Shown here piece after piece: positions 22,913-34,369 of a DNA stretch of 64,000 nucleotides. The notes below the pieces were generated by a model, which was given only the letters and a program-made list of their open reading frames with translations, made no database searches and was not told the origin of the DNA. Numbering within the stretch: the first letter of the stretch is position 1; the number at the start of each line of letters is the position of its first letter. A program made the translations under genes and the position numbers. The DNA lies in assembly GCF_001194135.2 (NCBI RefSeq), contig NC_068989.1:75135054-75199053 (forward strand), written 5' to 3'. The stretch comes from Octopus bimaculoides. Its lineage: Eukaryota.

Positions 22913-25900
22913 GTTGGTACAGAAACTTTAAGAGAGCTACGTTGCTAAATTTCTTTCAATTATTTCTGCCTCTTGCTGTTGTCTTTACCGCTGTAAATCG
23001 ATTCGGCGAATATTTTGCTAAGAGGAGGGGGGGAAGAAATATTTTTCGTTATATAGATATATCTATCTGTATCTATATATCCTTACATTTATATGTATAC
23101 GTGTGTATATCGTTGTATAAATGATGACAGATCGTGTCTTTATGATGTTTTAGATGCCTGTATCTCTTTCTGTGAATGTTACCCAATGAATTCTTTAGGA
23201 ACATGTGTACACAGTTTTTGTATGAATCCTGTTACTAGCTTCGAGATGGAGATTTTTCTTTTGTTGCTTTTGCGCTCACGTTGCCGGTCGTTTTTCTTTT
23301 CATGTTTTAACTGTAATTTGTTATCCAAGACATATTTTTGTCTACGATCTACCAAAAGAAAAATGAAAAAAGAAAAAAAAGAAAATCGATAGTTTTAACA
23401 AACATTGTATGATGGAATCCTTTCGTTGCATAAATAATTTTTATATCGATCCACCAAACTTCTTCCATAAATATCTCCAGGATAGTAACAGCATACATAA
23501 TTTTTTTTAGTTGACTATAAATTGTCTGTTTTCGCTCTATCAATATATTAACCTTTGAAATAATGTCTTAAATATTACAGCATTTTTGACTGACTCCATC
23601 ATTTTTTTTTTTTTTACCATAAGTAGATTCAGAACATTCGTTGGGATTGTGTCTAATTCGCATCGTGAATTTTTATATATATATATATATNNNNNNNNNN
23701 NNNNNNNNNNNNNNNNNNNNNNNNNNNNNNNNNNNNNNNNNNNNNNNNNNNNNNNNNNNNNNNNNNNNNNNNNNNNNNNNNNNNNNNNNNNNNNNNNNNN
23801 NNNNNNNNNNNNNNNNNNNNNNNNNNNNNNNNNNNNNNNNNNNNNNNNNNNNNNNNNNNNNNNNNNNNNNNNNNNNNNNNNNNNNNNNNNNNNNNNNNNN
23901 NNNNNNNNNNNNNNNNNNAATATATAGTTATGCATCTGTTGTCATTTAATAACTTTGATGTATAAAAATTTAAAAATTCAGATTTAGTATTTAGCTGGTA
24001 AAAGAAAATTTACGAATATATCTCTTAAATTTATTTCGAGTGAATGTGTGTAGAAAGCAAATTTCGAGAAGCTCTTTACCATGTGGCCCGAAGCCGGTGA
24101 GATGTTATTCTATCACCAAGTTATACATCCTTACATACCCGCATATAACCATAATGTAGGAATGTATGTATGTATAATGCGATTACAGAATTGATTTGAA
24201 TTTGGTTAGCTTATTTAAACTCAAGACATAAGACATGTATGTAGACTTTATGTCTGTGCGTATATACATATATAATGACGAATTGTTACTACGTTGTTAA
24301 ATATTATTGACAATGTTTCTTATTTTTTTTTTTTAAATATCTACCTACATGTATAAAATAACATAGCATGTCTCATTGAATATCCAGTATGTAGATTAAG
24401 GTGTATAAGTTGTAATATTAAACAGGTGAGAACTGAAACTACACATGTGTATTTATTGATTTATGTATATTTAAGCCAGATGCTTATAATTCTCAGGGTT
24501 GTTAGAAAGCTTTGAAAAATTCCTACATATCCATGTGTTTGAATTTTTTAAAGAATCAAATAGTTAGGATAGCCCTTTTTTGATGACAGTTTATGCTTAA
24601 AACCCGAGCATCAAGTGAATACGCCCTTTTTTTCTATCTAACCTTTAATTTTTTACTGTCTTAACAAACTTAAGTGATCTTAATTTCTTCTTCCTCTCAA
24701 AAAATAGAATCGTGACGACCATCTTATATTTAAACTGAGGGTTTAAAAAATATTTTTTATTTTTAATCCGTTAAAAGAAGAAAAAAAAGGAACAAACGAA
24801 TTCCATTTTTCGAATATTAAGAAATATTTCCTTGCATGCTGGTGCGTAAAAATTCTGTGTTCATTTCTGTGTGATGGCGAGGGTGTGGGGCAAAATTCCA
24901 CCCATGTGTGTTTCTCTGACAAATAAGTAATTACTCAAACCTAATTTTTTTTTCTTTGTTACTACGTTCGTGTTGAAGCAACATCTGTTGTAGAGCTATT
25001 TGTTTGCATCGGAGTAAAAAAAAGGCGGGATTAGGGGTTAAGTTGGAAAAAAAATAATTGGTCGTGAGATTGTTTAGATCTGACATGAGACAGAANNNNN
25101 NNNNNNNNNNNNNNNNNNNNNNNNNNNNNNNNNNNNNNNNNNNNNNNNNNNNNNNNNNNNNNNNNNNNNNNNNNNNNNNNNNNNNNNNNNNNNNNNNNNN
25201 NNNNNNNNNNNNNNNNNNNNNNNNNNNNNNNNNNNNNNNNNNNNNNNNNNNNNNNNNNNNNNNNNNNNNNNNNNNNNNNNNNNNNNNNNNNNNNNNNNNN
25301 NNNNNNNNNNNNNNNNNNNNNNNNNNNNNNNNNNNNNNNNNNNNNNNNNNNNNNNNNNNNNNNNNNNNNNNNNNNNNNNNNNNNNNNNNNNNNNNNNNNN
25401 NNNNNNNNNNNNNNNNNNNNNNNNNNNNNNNNNNNNNNNNNNNNNNNNNNNNNNNNNNNNNNNNNNNNNNNNNNNNNNNNNNNNNNNNNNNNNNNNNNNN
25501 NNNNNNNNNNNNNNNNNNNNNNNNNNNNNNNNNNNNNNNNNNNNAAAAAAAAAAAAAAAAAAAATGAATGAATTTAACTAGTATGGTAATTCGAAAATTG
25601 ACCCGGGTCCTCCTCCTCATTTGGAAAAAAATCAATAAGTTCTTGTCTAGTGATTTATTTTTCTAATTAAAAAAATTAAATTTTCTGCATCTCTTCTAAT
25701 GGCCTACATCTCTATATATTTTTCTTAGATTTCTGAATACCCTCGGGGTTTTGTTTCGAAAGATTAGATTTTTCAGATCTATTTTATTATATTTATTGAT
25801 GTAATGGAGACTGGTGTAATTCTTGTTATTGTTGATAGAATGTCACAAATAATACTGATACTTCCTCGAGTGATGGAGATACTTATCGACTCCGAAAATC

Positions 25901-26267
25901 CAAGAGTAGATGTCGAAACAGTCCTCTATCTCTGCTGCCCTCCTAAACTGATGAAAGTAGTAACCTCGAACTTGTCAGATTCTAAATAGTAGTATATTGT
26001 TCCTGTGTGTGGCTTTTTCGTTAGATTATTTTTGCAATTATTCTGATTTTGACTTTTCATCGGAAATCTCTGTTAGTAGAATCTTTAACCACCTCTCGAA
26101 ATTTTGTGCACCACATTTTTTAAAACTGTTACTCTTTTCTTTTCCGTCTGTCTCACTCTCTGCCTCATTTTCTTGTATTGGCAAGTTCAAGATAGGAATT
26201 TTTAAAAATGAAGTGACATTCTTTTTTTCTGTCATCGTATTTTTTACTTTTCATATTTAATATTTTA

Positions 26268-26455
26268 GGTGAGTAGATTGGCAGAATCGTTAGAGCGTCA
26301 GATAAATTGCCATTTGCCTTACTCTAATTTGCTGCAGCTCTTAATGTTCCAAGTTCAGATTCCACTGATGTCAACCTTGCTTTTCATCTTTCTTGGGTTG
26401 ATATAATAGACTGTCTCCTTCCTTGAAATTTGAGCCCTGTGCCACTGTAAGAAAT
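26268..26455 (+). mobile_element. SINE family B, diverged
   Basis: ggtgagtagattggcagaatcgttagagc head and ccttgcttttcatc core. Confidence 0.7.
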
Positions 26456-27379
26456 ATAACGAAAACTTCTTTTGCCATATCATGGGAGATTACACCTAGC
26501 TGTCTAATGTCTATCTCTTTCTAGGTATTATTATATATGACTCCACCTGTGCCTCTTACCTATCTCATCCACTTCTTAAAGTGCACTTTGCAACTTCTTG
26601 AACTGACAAGATGGCATCTGACCAACAGATTCGCTAAATACTTTGAAGATAACTTTGGCAATGATCCTCCAGTTTCATGTCATTTCTGACTTGATCAATC
26701 CTCTTGATATTTCCAATGTGAACAAGAACTTATCTTCTCTCTCCAAACACCCTCCCTCCTATAGATTCAATACATACACTTTTTTCTGTATCACATACAT
26801 CACTACTTCATACACACACAATTGCAGCATAGACAGACATATATTCACTTCTACCATACCTCCATAAACACATATATCACTTCCTCCACACCTCCATAAA
26901 CACACTCATCATACATGGCCTCAAAACCGGCCACAATCATATATATATACTACTCTCATTCTTGCATGCTAGACTCAAGCAACATAATAATACAGTGTTC
27001 AAATGTTGTACACCTACAGAACACACTCACACACACAGCTCCAAATTACACGACTAGCACACCCCAAAATTTTAATTGCACACTGGATCACAATTACCTC
27101 CCCAGTTGACCTTGTAAATATGAAATTACTTTCTTTCTTGTTAATTTTCTGTCATCTAGAGCTTACAGCTCTAGTCAGTGCCAACATGAGGTGAAAAACT
27201 AGAATACTTTTCTCCATTATTCCTGTTTCTCCTTTCTTCTTTCTGTTTATCTTTCCTAAGAATTGTCTAAGCTCAAAACATTCACAACTTATCTACCCCC
27301 CCCCTTTTTTTTCAGCATTAACCTGATAATTAGACTTTGTTTTCACTTTGTCTTCTGTATGACACACACACACACACGT

Positions 27380-29215
27380 ATATAAGATGTCTGGAAGGAC
27401 TGGACGAAAGTGGTTAGCAAAGATGCAAGAACAAGACGTCGGGTATATTTATAGCAAAGGAAAAAGGTGAAAAGAAGTTTGCCAATGTTTTAAGATGTGA
27501 AGATGAGAAGTGTTGGGCATGCTAGATTGAGAGGTAGAGTATGAAAGATAAGAAAACCAGAATGTTGTGGAGTGCATACTGAATGAAAAGGAAGAGGTAC
27601 ATAAATGCTCTTATGAGTAGAATGATGAGTATTGCATAGGAGAGAAAGGGTCCAACATAAGTATACCCAATCATAGAATGAGCCAAGTTGACACTATGGT
27701 GAATAGAGTAGTTAAAGATAAGAGGGCAGGGTAGGCACCCTGTCTATCAGGAATTACTGTTGAAATGGTTAAAATGTCTAGCAAAGTGGTGCTTGGACCA
27801 ATCACTTCCATAATAAATTAAGTAGTACAAGAGGACGTTCATATCCAATGGTTAGCATAGCAGCTGCATCAAGTATGACAAGAATAAGATGCACTAAAGA
27901 GAGGAAGCTACAGAGGTGTTTGATCAAATTATGAAAGTTACGGAAAGAGTTATAGCTGTAACTCAGTTGAATAGGAAGAGAAGAAACTGAGATGAAATGT
28001 AGTTTGGTTTTGTGCCAGAAAGAAGTATTTCTGATGTCATCTTCTCGGTGAAACAACTACAGAAGTACTTAGTACTCAAGAGTAAGCCTCTATACCTGGC
28101 ATTTGTTGACTTAGAGAAAACATTTGGCAGGGTTTCATGCCCAGTGAGCTGGAAGTCAGTGATGAACTAGGGTTAGATGAAAGACTTGTGAGAGCTGTAT
28201 GAGATATTCGGAAGCATAGCAGTGTATTCAGCAATGAATTTGATGTTCAAATTGGAGTCCATCAAGGCTCACTTCTCAGCCCCTTTCTGTTGTAGTCCTC
28301 CAAGCTACATCAGTAAAATGTTAAGACCAACTGTGTGAGAACTCCAGTGTGCTTATGACATATTTTTTTTTATCGAATCTACAATAGAATTAGAGAAGAA
28401 ATTCTTGATATGGAACCAAAAAAAAAAATCAAGGTTCTTCAAAGTAAACTTAACAAAGACTAAATTATTAGTTAGTAAGAAGAGAAGACAAGACTCTGCT
28501 ACTATCAAGGAAATGACTATGCTGTGTATGTAGAAAGGGAGTTGGCTAGAATTCCATATGGTGTACTCATTGCAAACTGGATGTCCACGAGATTTGGAGG
28601 TTATAATGGAATCAACAAGCAAACAACAAAAAGAGTAGACGTCACATGCAGCAAGTGCAAGGGGGCAATAGGTACTAATAATACAAAACTGACTAGGAAT
28701 GATTGATAGCTTCTGTTACCTAGGTGACCTATTTAACAGTGGTGGTAGGAGATCTGAAAGCAGAGTAGCCAGTATAGGAAGGAGTTGGAAAAAAGTTCAG
28801 GGAGCTGTTATCTCCTTCAGAATGAAAGGAAGACTGTATGATGCTTGTATATGAGGCAAGTGCTGTATTGTAATGAATGCAGAAGATTTGCAAAGGTTCG
28901 AAATTAAGCAGTTTTCCTCCACTGGATATATAACTTTAGTGTGCATGAATGACGGAGTTCAAATGAACTGATAGAAAAGCTGAAGAGGATATAGAGGAAG
29001 TGTACAGGAAAGATGATGATATTGGTATAGAGGAGGACAGTTGTGTAAATAACTGCCACATGTTCGCAGTAAATGGAATCTGCAGAAGAGGGAGACCAAA
29101 GAAGGTTTGGGATGAAATGTTGAGGATTGATTTGAAGATGTTGCTTCTCACAGGGATGATAAAGTTTCATATTGATTGGTAATACATAATGCAGAAGACT
29201 CACCCATCCAGGCTT
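27380..29215 (+). mobile_element. Highly decayed RTE-clade LINE ORF2
   Basis: FGFVPERSISDVIF, ctatacctggcatttgttgacttagagaaaacattt (YLAFVDLEKTF), GRPKKVWDE; many deletions. Confidence 0.8.
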
Positions 29216-29725
29216 GGTAAAACACATTAACTTTTGGATGTGTGTATCTATCTACTACATATTATATATATATATAGGCATATATCTACATGTATGCACT
29301 CATGTATGTATAAGTTTACATATGTGTATATCTCCACATAATAGTGTAGCCAAATCTACCTTATTGGCATCTCATCCCTCTAACATTCCTATTGTTTCCC
29401 TGTCTATCATTCACCTGTCTGTTGCACATCTTTCTTGTCACTCATCATTCATGTTACCATCAACTTTGTCTCGATAGCCTGTGCCTTCATAACTCGAACA
29501 TCTTGTGTCCATGCTCCTCTTGCTCATCTCTCAATCATGCACTCCTCTTCTAACTGTTTCATGCTGGTGGTATGACAAAGAATGGCAATGGATTTCTATT
29601 CACTGTATATTGCTTCCACTGTAACAATGAATATCATTATATCTATATGATCCACTCATCAACGCTCCATCTGTTCTCATCCTTATCGTTCTGACTTTTA
29701 CATTCATTCATCTTGTGGCAGATGT

Positions 29726-29948
29726 TTAACCTTTTAGTATTCAGAATTACTGTTAAATGTGATACTTATTTATTCACATTGTTTTGAATTAATCATGCAT
29801 GATCTTGTAGCTATGAGATTTTGATGATGTGATTGTCTATTTTTAGCATAACATTGCAGGCTAAATGTGAGAAGCCAGACCTGGCCAGTTTAAACATAAT
29901 ATAGAATATCTGGGCTGGATATGGCTGGTTTAAATGCTAAAGGGTTAA
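29726..29948 (-). mobile_element. TTAA-flanked (piggyBac-type) MITE
   Basis: TTAA-cc(t)tttag...aatgctaaaggg-TTAA; same family as 50607 and 58833, opposite orientation. Confidence 0.8.
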
Positions 29949-30059
29949 GGGACTTCATCAGATATGCAATGCACATGCAAGAAATTAAAAATATAAAATG
30001 GTGACAATTTACCCATCGCACCCTGTATGTGTGTGTGTATATTTTATATATATATATTT

Positions 30060-30089
<30 letters not shown>

Positions 30090-30100
<11 letters not shown>

Positions 30101-30777
30101 CCCCAAAATGGAATGACAACGAAAACATATGGACAGATGGATGCTATAAGGACGGACAGGAAAGCCAGGACAGAACAGTCGTGGCTTTCTATTCATCAGT
30201 CAAGCTTTCAATTATCGCTACAGTTTCGGCCTGTTACACTTGAGACTGTTCAAAATTGGTAGGCCCCAAAAATCTAAGCTAAGGGCATTAAATTTTTGGA
30301 AGAAAGGTGAATATGTGCGACAACACGGACAAAAAAAAAAGACGAGAAAACAGAGAAACTGTTACACGATTACAAAAAACAAGAATAACAGCAGGTGTCT
30401 TTCGACTAAAAGGACAAGTTAAGTTAACCTGGTGTACTTTGTTTTGGTATCTGGTTTGCAAGATTCTTTGTGAACTTGTCTGTTGAAGCAAATTATGTTG
30501 TGTCCGGGGAGAGTCATATTGTCTTAATGCCTTATTTAACACACTCACCGGTTCAATTTCCACTCATTATTTATACTTCTTCCAAAATTTTCATTAATTT
30601 TGCAACCTTATCAATGGATGTTGACTCTGTCTATTATTGGAGCTCTGGTAATGGACAGTCAACATCCATTGACAAGGTTGCCAAAGCAATGAAAATTTTG
30701 GAAGAAAAATTATAAATAATAAATGCGTGGAAATCGAACTGGTGAGTGTGTTGGATAATAAGGCATTAAGACAATAT
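30090..30777 (-). mobile_element. Unclassified interspersed element ending in a large hairpin (30516-30777), possibly a Penelope-related non-autonomous element
   Basis: Inverted arms are directly visible; the family assignment is inference. Confidence 0.45.
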
Positions 30778-30889
30778 ATGTGTGTGTGTGTATGTATATA
30801 TATATATATATATATATATAAACAATATATGAGTATATGCATATATATGTACATGTATGTATATACGTTCATCTACATGTACATATAGA

Positions 30890-31330
30890 TACATAACTGG
30901 GTACATGACGTGGCAAAAGAACAAGGACAAAATGGTAAACAAGGTGCAACAAACAAGCAGGCCACATAGAAACATCCCCTTCATCAGCTGCCACCATTAA
31001 AACTCCGGCGTTTCGAAGAATCAAGGCAGTACGCATCGTTAAAATGGTTCTTCCCACGAACACAAATTAAATTGTTTTCGTGGAGGGTAGTGGCGGACGG
31101 AAAACAAGACAGGAAAACAAAACGGTGAAATAAACAAACAAAAAGGCTGTGCAGCCAGACGTGAAGTGTGTATGTCTTGAATGCTGTGAAGCACGTACAG
31201 GAGGGGCAAAGAAGTACGTGCGAGCTTGGTGATTCCAAGAACGAAAAGAAATAGCAGCCGGACACACGTGCCAAGGCTGTGTGAAGAGAAAGAGTAGCAG
31301 AGGGAAAAGGAAGGGAGGAAACACACACGC
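30890..31330. repeat. Unclassified CpG-retaining interspersed repeat carrying hammerhead-like half motifs
   Basis: ccccttcatcagctg...ggcgtttcgaag; composition differs from the flanks. Confidence 0.35.
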
Positions 31331-31469
31331 ACATATATATAGTTGTGGTTGTATATAATGTATGCATGTATGTGTGAAAAAGGAGGAGACAAGTTCAAAC
31401 ACCTTCATCAACTTAGCCTGTCATCTTCTCATGATCAATAAATAAAGAAAATATGTCATCAAAATGTGC

Positions 31470-31820
31470 AGGCGTGGCTGTATCATAAGAAGCTTTCTTC
31501 CCAACCACATGGTTCTAGGTTCAGTTTCACTGCATGGCACCTTGGGCAAGTGGCATTTAGTATAGCCTTGGGCTGACCAAAGCCTTGAGAGTGGATTTGA
31601 AACTGAAAGAAGACTATTGTATATATTTATGTGTATATACCTATGCGTGTCTTTGTGTGTGTGTGTTTGTCCCCCACCACCAGTTGACAATTGATGCTTA
31701 TGTCTCTGTAATTTAGCAGTTTGGCAAAAATAGACTGGGGTCAATTTGTTTGACTAAACCCTTCAAGATGGTGCTCTAGGATGGCCACAGCCCAATGACT
31801 GGAACAAGTAAAAGATAAAA
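31470..31820 (+). mobile_element. SINE family A
   Basis: gcaggcgtggctgt head through the gtaaaagataaaaag tail. Confidence 0.8.
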
Positions 31821-32173
31821 AGGTAAATCCAGGGCATTTTGAATTGTCAGAATGTTGATGTGTCGTACAAGAACTTTGTTCCATCTGAGTTCAATCTCAT
31901 CATCTGCATCTAGATAAGTGCATGACTAGCATGGCAAAAATAGGCTTGGCAAGTCCTTATAACAAAGTGCTAGATTATTGCAGCTGCTCATCTTACATGT
32001 CAATAAACCAGCAGGCAAGAGGAGAACATAAAGAAGTATTTATATCTATGTGGATATGTATGTGTGTGTCATCAATGTCTACTTTTCCATGTTTATGGGT
32101 CAGATGAGAGTATATTTGGATAGTTTTCGGCAAGTTCTTCCTATACATACTTATGTAAATGTGTATGTGCGCA

Positions 32174-32210
<37 letters not shown>

Positions 32211-32441
32211 TTATAGGGCAGATGTGGCTGTGTGGTAAGACGTTTGCTTCGCAACCACATGGCTTTGGGTTCAGTATATATGTCATCATCATCATCATCG
32301 TTTAACGTCCGATTTCCAGGCTAGCATGGGTTGGACGATTTGACTGAGGACTGGTGAACCAGATGGCTACACCAGGCTCCAATCTGATTTGGCAGAGTTT
32401 CTACAGCTGGATGCCCTTCCTAACGCCAATCACTCTGAGAG

Positions 32442-33290
32442 TGTAGTGGGTAAACGACCATGTGACGCGGAATGGCTCCTTTAGCGCATCGCATGTTTGA
32501 CACAAATATAAAAGAATGAAAAGAGGTTAAATGAGTATAAGTGCCAAGAAGGAAAAGAGAGAGACACAACTAGTAAAAGATATAAAAGACATGTTTTATT
32601 GAATGTCAACTTGTATGTGTGTGTGTGTGGGTGCGACATAATAGACACGCCGTCACATAAACAAACGTGTACTTATGTGCAAGATATACAGAGCACAGAA
32701 AAGGACATTAGAAGAAAGTCCATGCACAAGGATGGGAAATACCAGTTCATATCCAGTGGTACACTGTAGTTGAAGTGCTATACCAAGAAGTTGTGACAGC
32801 AAGGCAGAGCCGACGAGATACATGTCGTGAGAAGTTGAGGCTTCAATGCTGCGGCCGGTTACTTGGTACAGGAGTTCTTGCAGGTTGTATTTGCTGTTAA
32901 CCATGGTGAAGCAATTCACAAACTGTGGAGAAAGCTGTGAGAGCGTTGCTGGTTGGTGTGTGCGTAGAGAAGTTGGTGTAGATGCTGGCGGTGGTGACGA
33001 AGGGGTTTGCAGTAAACAGTTGAACGAAATGTTCGATCTCCATGAAGCGTCGGTGGAACTGGCTGTGTGCTCTGTGGTCAGCGGCTAGACCTCAGAAGGT
33101 CTGGAGCCAGGCTGACAAACGGGATGATGGAAAGCGGGATTTTAAACCATACCATTGGCTCAACTGGCGTTCAGAAAAACTGTCCCATGAGACAGAACAA
33201 GAGACAGAAATATGCCAATACCAACCAATAGGAGTGGTGGACACAACAGGGTCCAAAGATGTGGCCGAAGGCTAGCAGTTATCCACTACA
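32442..33290 (-). mobile_element. Solo-LTR-like element (about 850 bp) with TG...CA termini
   Basis: Starts TGTAGTGGGTAA and ends TTATCCACTACA (11/12 inverted match); AATAAA on the - strand at 32595-32600; no TSD seen. Confidence 0.5.
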
Positions 33291-33399
33291 TCCACACTCA
33301 TGTATATATAAGAGAGAGAGAGAGAAGCATGCTACAAATATATATGTATGTATGAATATATATATATATCTACATGTATATGTATATATGTAAAGGTGG

Positions 33400-33885
33400 C
33401 ATTGTTCTTATCTAGATAATTATTGGAATAATTAGAATATGTGCTTTTGTTTTTGTTGTACGGGATTCGATATTTATATCCTGCCTTCTTAAGTGCTAGA
33501 TTATAATAGTCTTTGTGCTTGTTAAAAATTTCCTCATTGGATGATAAGTTAATTCTACTTTCTATGTCAGAGGTTAGATTATTTATAATATAAGGATGGT
33601 TACTTTGTGCATGTATGTATGTGATATTGTTATTAGGTTTATGGTAAGGTTGATAAGAAGATGTGTTAAAGTTAACGTCAAGGAAGTTCACTGAGTTGTA
33701 ATCTTTTTCAATGGACACGACTAGTCCTTGGTTTTTGAAGTTGTGTAATCTTTTTTTTGTATAGCTCAAGTTTTCTGTTGGAGGTATTTCTAGCCTAAAA
33801 ACTGTGCGTCGTCATGATAAAGACCACCTTCCAATTCAGGGAATTCTTCTTTGAGTAAGTGTAAAAGGTAAATTCCAACTATATG
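33400..33885 (-). mobile_element. Penelope-like element RT fragment
   Basis: GGLYHDD (YRDD box), VNFLDVNFN, YQPYHKPNNNITYIHAQSNHP, SSNEEIFN, ALKKAGY. Confidence 0.9.
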
Positions 33886-34149
33886 TGTATATGTATATAT
33901 GTGTATACATATATGTGCATATAGATGTATATGTATATATACATATATATGTGTGTGTATATGCATATATATATATATATTTTTATTATTTATGCACTCT
34001 TTTAAAGCCTAGCCAGGCTCATGGGCCCGGTTTCCTGGTTTCTATGGCGTATGTGTTCCCCCCCAGCTGGACAGGACGCCAGTTCATTGCAGTGTTACTC
34101 AAGAAACAGGAAGAAAGAGTGAGAGAAAGTTGGGGTGAAAGAGTACAAC

Positions 34150-34362
34150 ATATATATATGTATTTATGTATATATATAGATATGTGTGTAGGTATGTATA
34201 TATAGATATATATGTAGGTATGTATATATAGGTATATATGTAGGTATGTATATATAGATATATATGTAGGTATGTATATATAGATATGTATGTAGGTATG
34301 TATATATAGATATGTATGTAGGTATGTATATACAGATTTGTATGTAGGTATATACGTATGTA
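34150..34362. repeat. Minisatellite with a unit of about 20-24 bp (gtaggtatgtatatatagatatat), roughly 8 copies
   Basis: Directly visible. Confidence 0.9.
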
Positions 34363-34369
34363 CATATAT

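Noticed and set aside
26460-26760. Possible LINE endonuclease remnant on the - strand
   Set aside because: Too decayed for me to assign motifs with confidence.
34150-34362. Regular repeat array resembling CRISPR or a coding repeat
   Set aside because: TA-rich minisatellite with no unique spacers, in a eukaryotic context.
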